Below, in pieces: positions 33,421-34,235 of a stretch of DNA of 34,235 nucleotides. The stretch comes from Tubiluchus corallicola (taxonomy: Eukaryota > Animalia > Priapulida), in assembly GCA_030141605.1 (NCBI GenBank), contig JAQGDQ010001573.1:1-34235 (forward strand), in the 5' to 3' direction. The first letter of the stretch is position 1. Every line of letters begins with the position of its first letter. Position numbers and translations under genes: made by a program. Below the pieces are notes generated by a model. It was not told the origin of the DNA, ran no database searches, and saw nothing but the letters and a program-made list of their open reading frames with translations.

Positions 33421-34055
33421 TGGACAAGAAAAGGGGTACCTGAAGTAGGTTTCAGAAAATCGTCTTAAAAAATTATATTACTTTATAGCAATTTTATGCG
33501 TATATCGTACTCGCACTGAAAGGAATTTTAGTTTGTTTTCATTTTAAATCTCCCGCAACACTGTTCCGCAGTCGCCATTACATGACGTCATGTAGCAAAC
33601 GTAAATCAAGGGAAGAAAAGGCAATGTTAATTTATGTCTCAAAAGACTTTCCGTGCAAATCTATATTACTCAGATTTTCGCTTACCTGCTAGAGAGATTT
33701 ATGTAACTAGATAAGAAAATTATTAATTATTTAAAATGTTTTCACCAATTGGTAAAATGTCGCTGACTCACCCTCCAGGGTGCACCGCTCACTAACCAAA
33801 AAACGTATTTTTAATCTTATTGACACGATACAGTAATTTTAAATTTTATTTAGTTAGTGACTTGGGCGCTACGAATGCTCTGATTATTTTTTTAAACTTT
33901 ACAAAATGTTACCTAAACTTGTTTCAAATGACCTGTCGTGAAAATGGCTGCGTCTAACGGTCATCGCGGGAGTTTAAATTTACATGTTTTATACAGCGTT
34001 ACTGCCGATTGAAGTCCTGCACGCAAAAAGGCTGTACGTAAGTGATATAAATTTT
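33421..34055. mobile_element. Family D, second direct copy (right TIR missing)
   Basis: ttaa|tggacaagaaaaggggtacctg...; colinear with 30083-30665. Confidence 0.8.
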
Positions 34056-34235
34056 CAAAACATTTTAACACAATTAACGAATCACGAAATAACAAAAGTT
34101 TTCAATGTTTTACCAATGAGCCCTTACAACAAAAGCTGTACTTGTCATAAGAATAGAAATGGATATGTAGTACGTCAATGAAGGATCTCACTCGCAATCT
34201 GTCTGTCTCTCTCATATTACATGACAACATACAAT

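Noticed and set aside
30083-34055. LTR retrotransposon (direct repeats around a long ORF)
   Set aside because: The repeats have TTAA/TIR ends rather than TG..CA, and the ORF has no gag, RT or integrase motifs.

Overview
AT-rich, intron-rich animal genomic DNA, probably from an invertebrate; the organism cannot be determined from the sequence. It holds three genes. (1) The 3' part of an R7-family RGS gene (RGS9/RGS11/EAT-16 type; GGL + RGS domains) on the + strand, with 8 exons at 330-10504 and a probable alternative last exon at 11732-11785. (2) EEF2KMT/FAM86A (eEF2 lysine methyltransferase) on the - strand, with 6 exons at 26941-19300; its first exon was not found. (3) A 2.3-kb uninterrupted ORF on the - strand (30768-33101) encoding a double-FYVE Vac1/Pep7/rabenosyn-like protein, bracketed by two direct copies of a TTAA-flanked (Kolobok-like) MITE. 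The rest is tandem arrays, MITEs, two tRNA-derived SINEs and a CR1/L2-type LINE 3' fragment. The most striking feature is that three arrays are built from functional gene parts. A 41-bp unit carrying an RGS splice donor is repeated 51 times, a 67-bp unit carrying an EEF2KMT splice acceptor about 43 times, and the EEF2KMT last coding exon 5 times, with the stop codon formed by the repeat junction. Two of these arrays break at AGGACAAGAAA, which is also the MITE terminus. All exon calls come from manual translation and GT-AG phase matching. No searches were run, and family comparisons are from memory.
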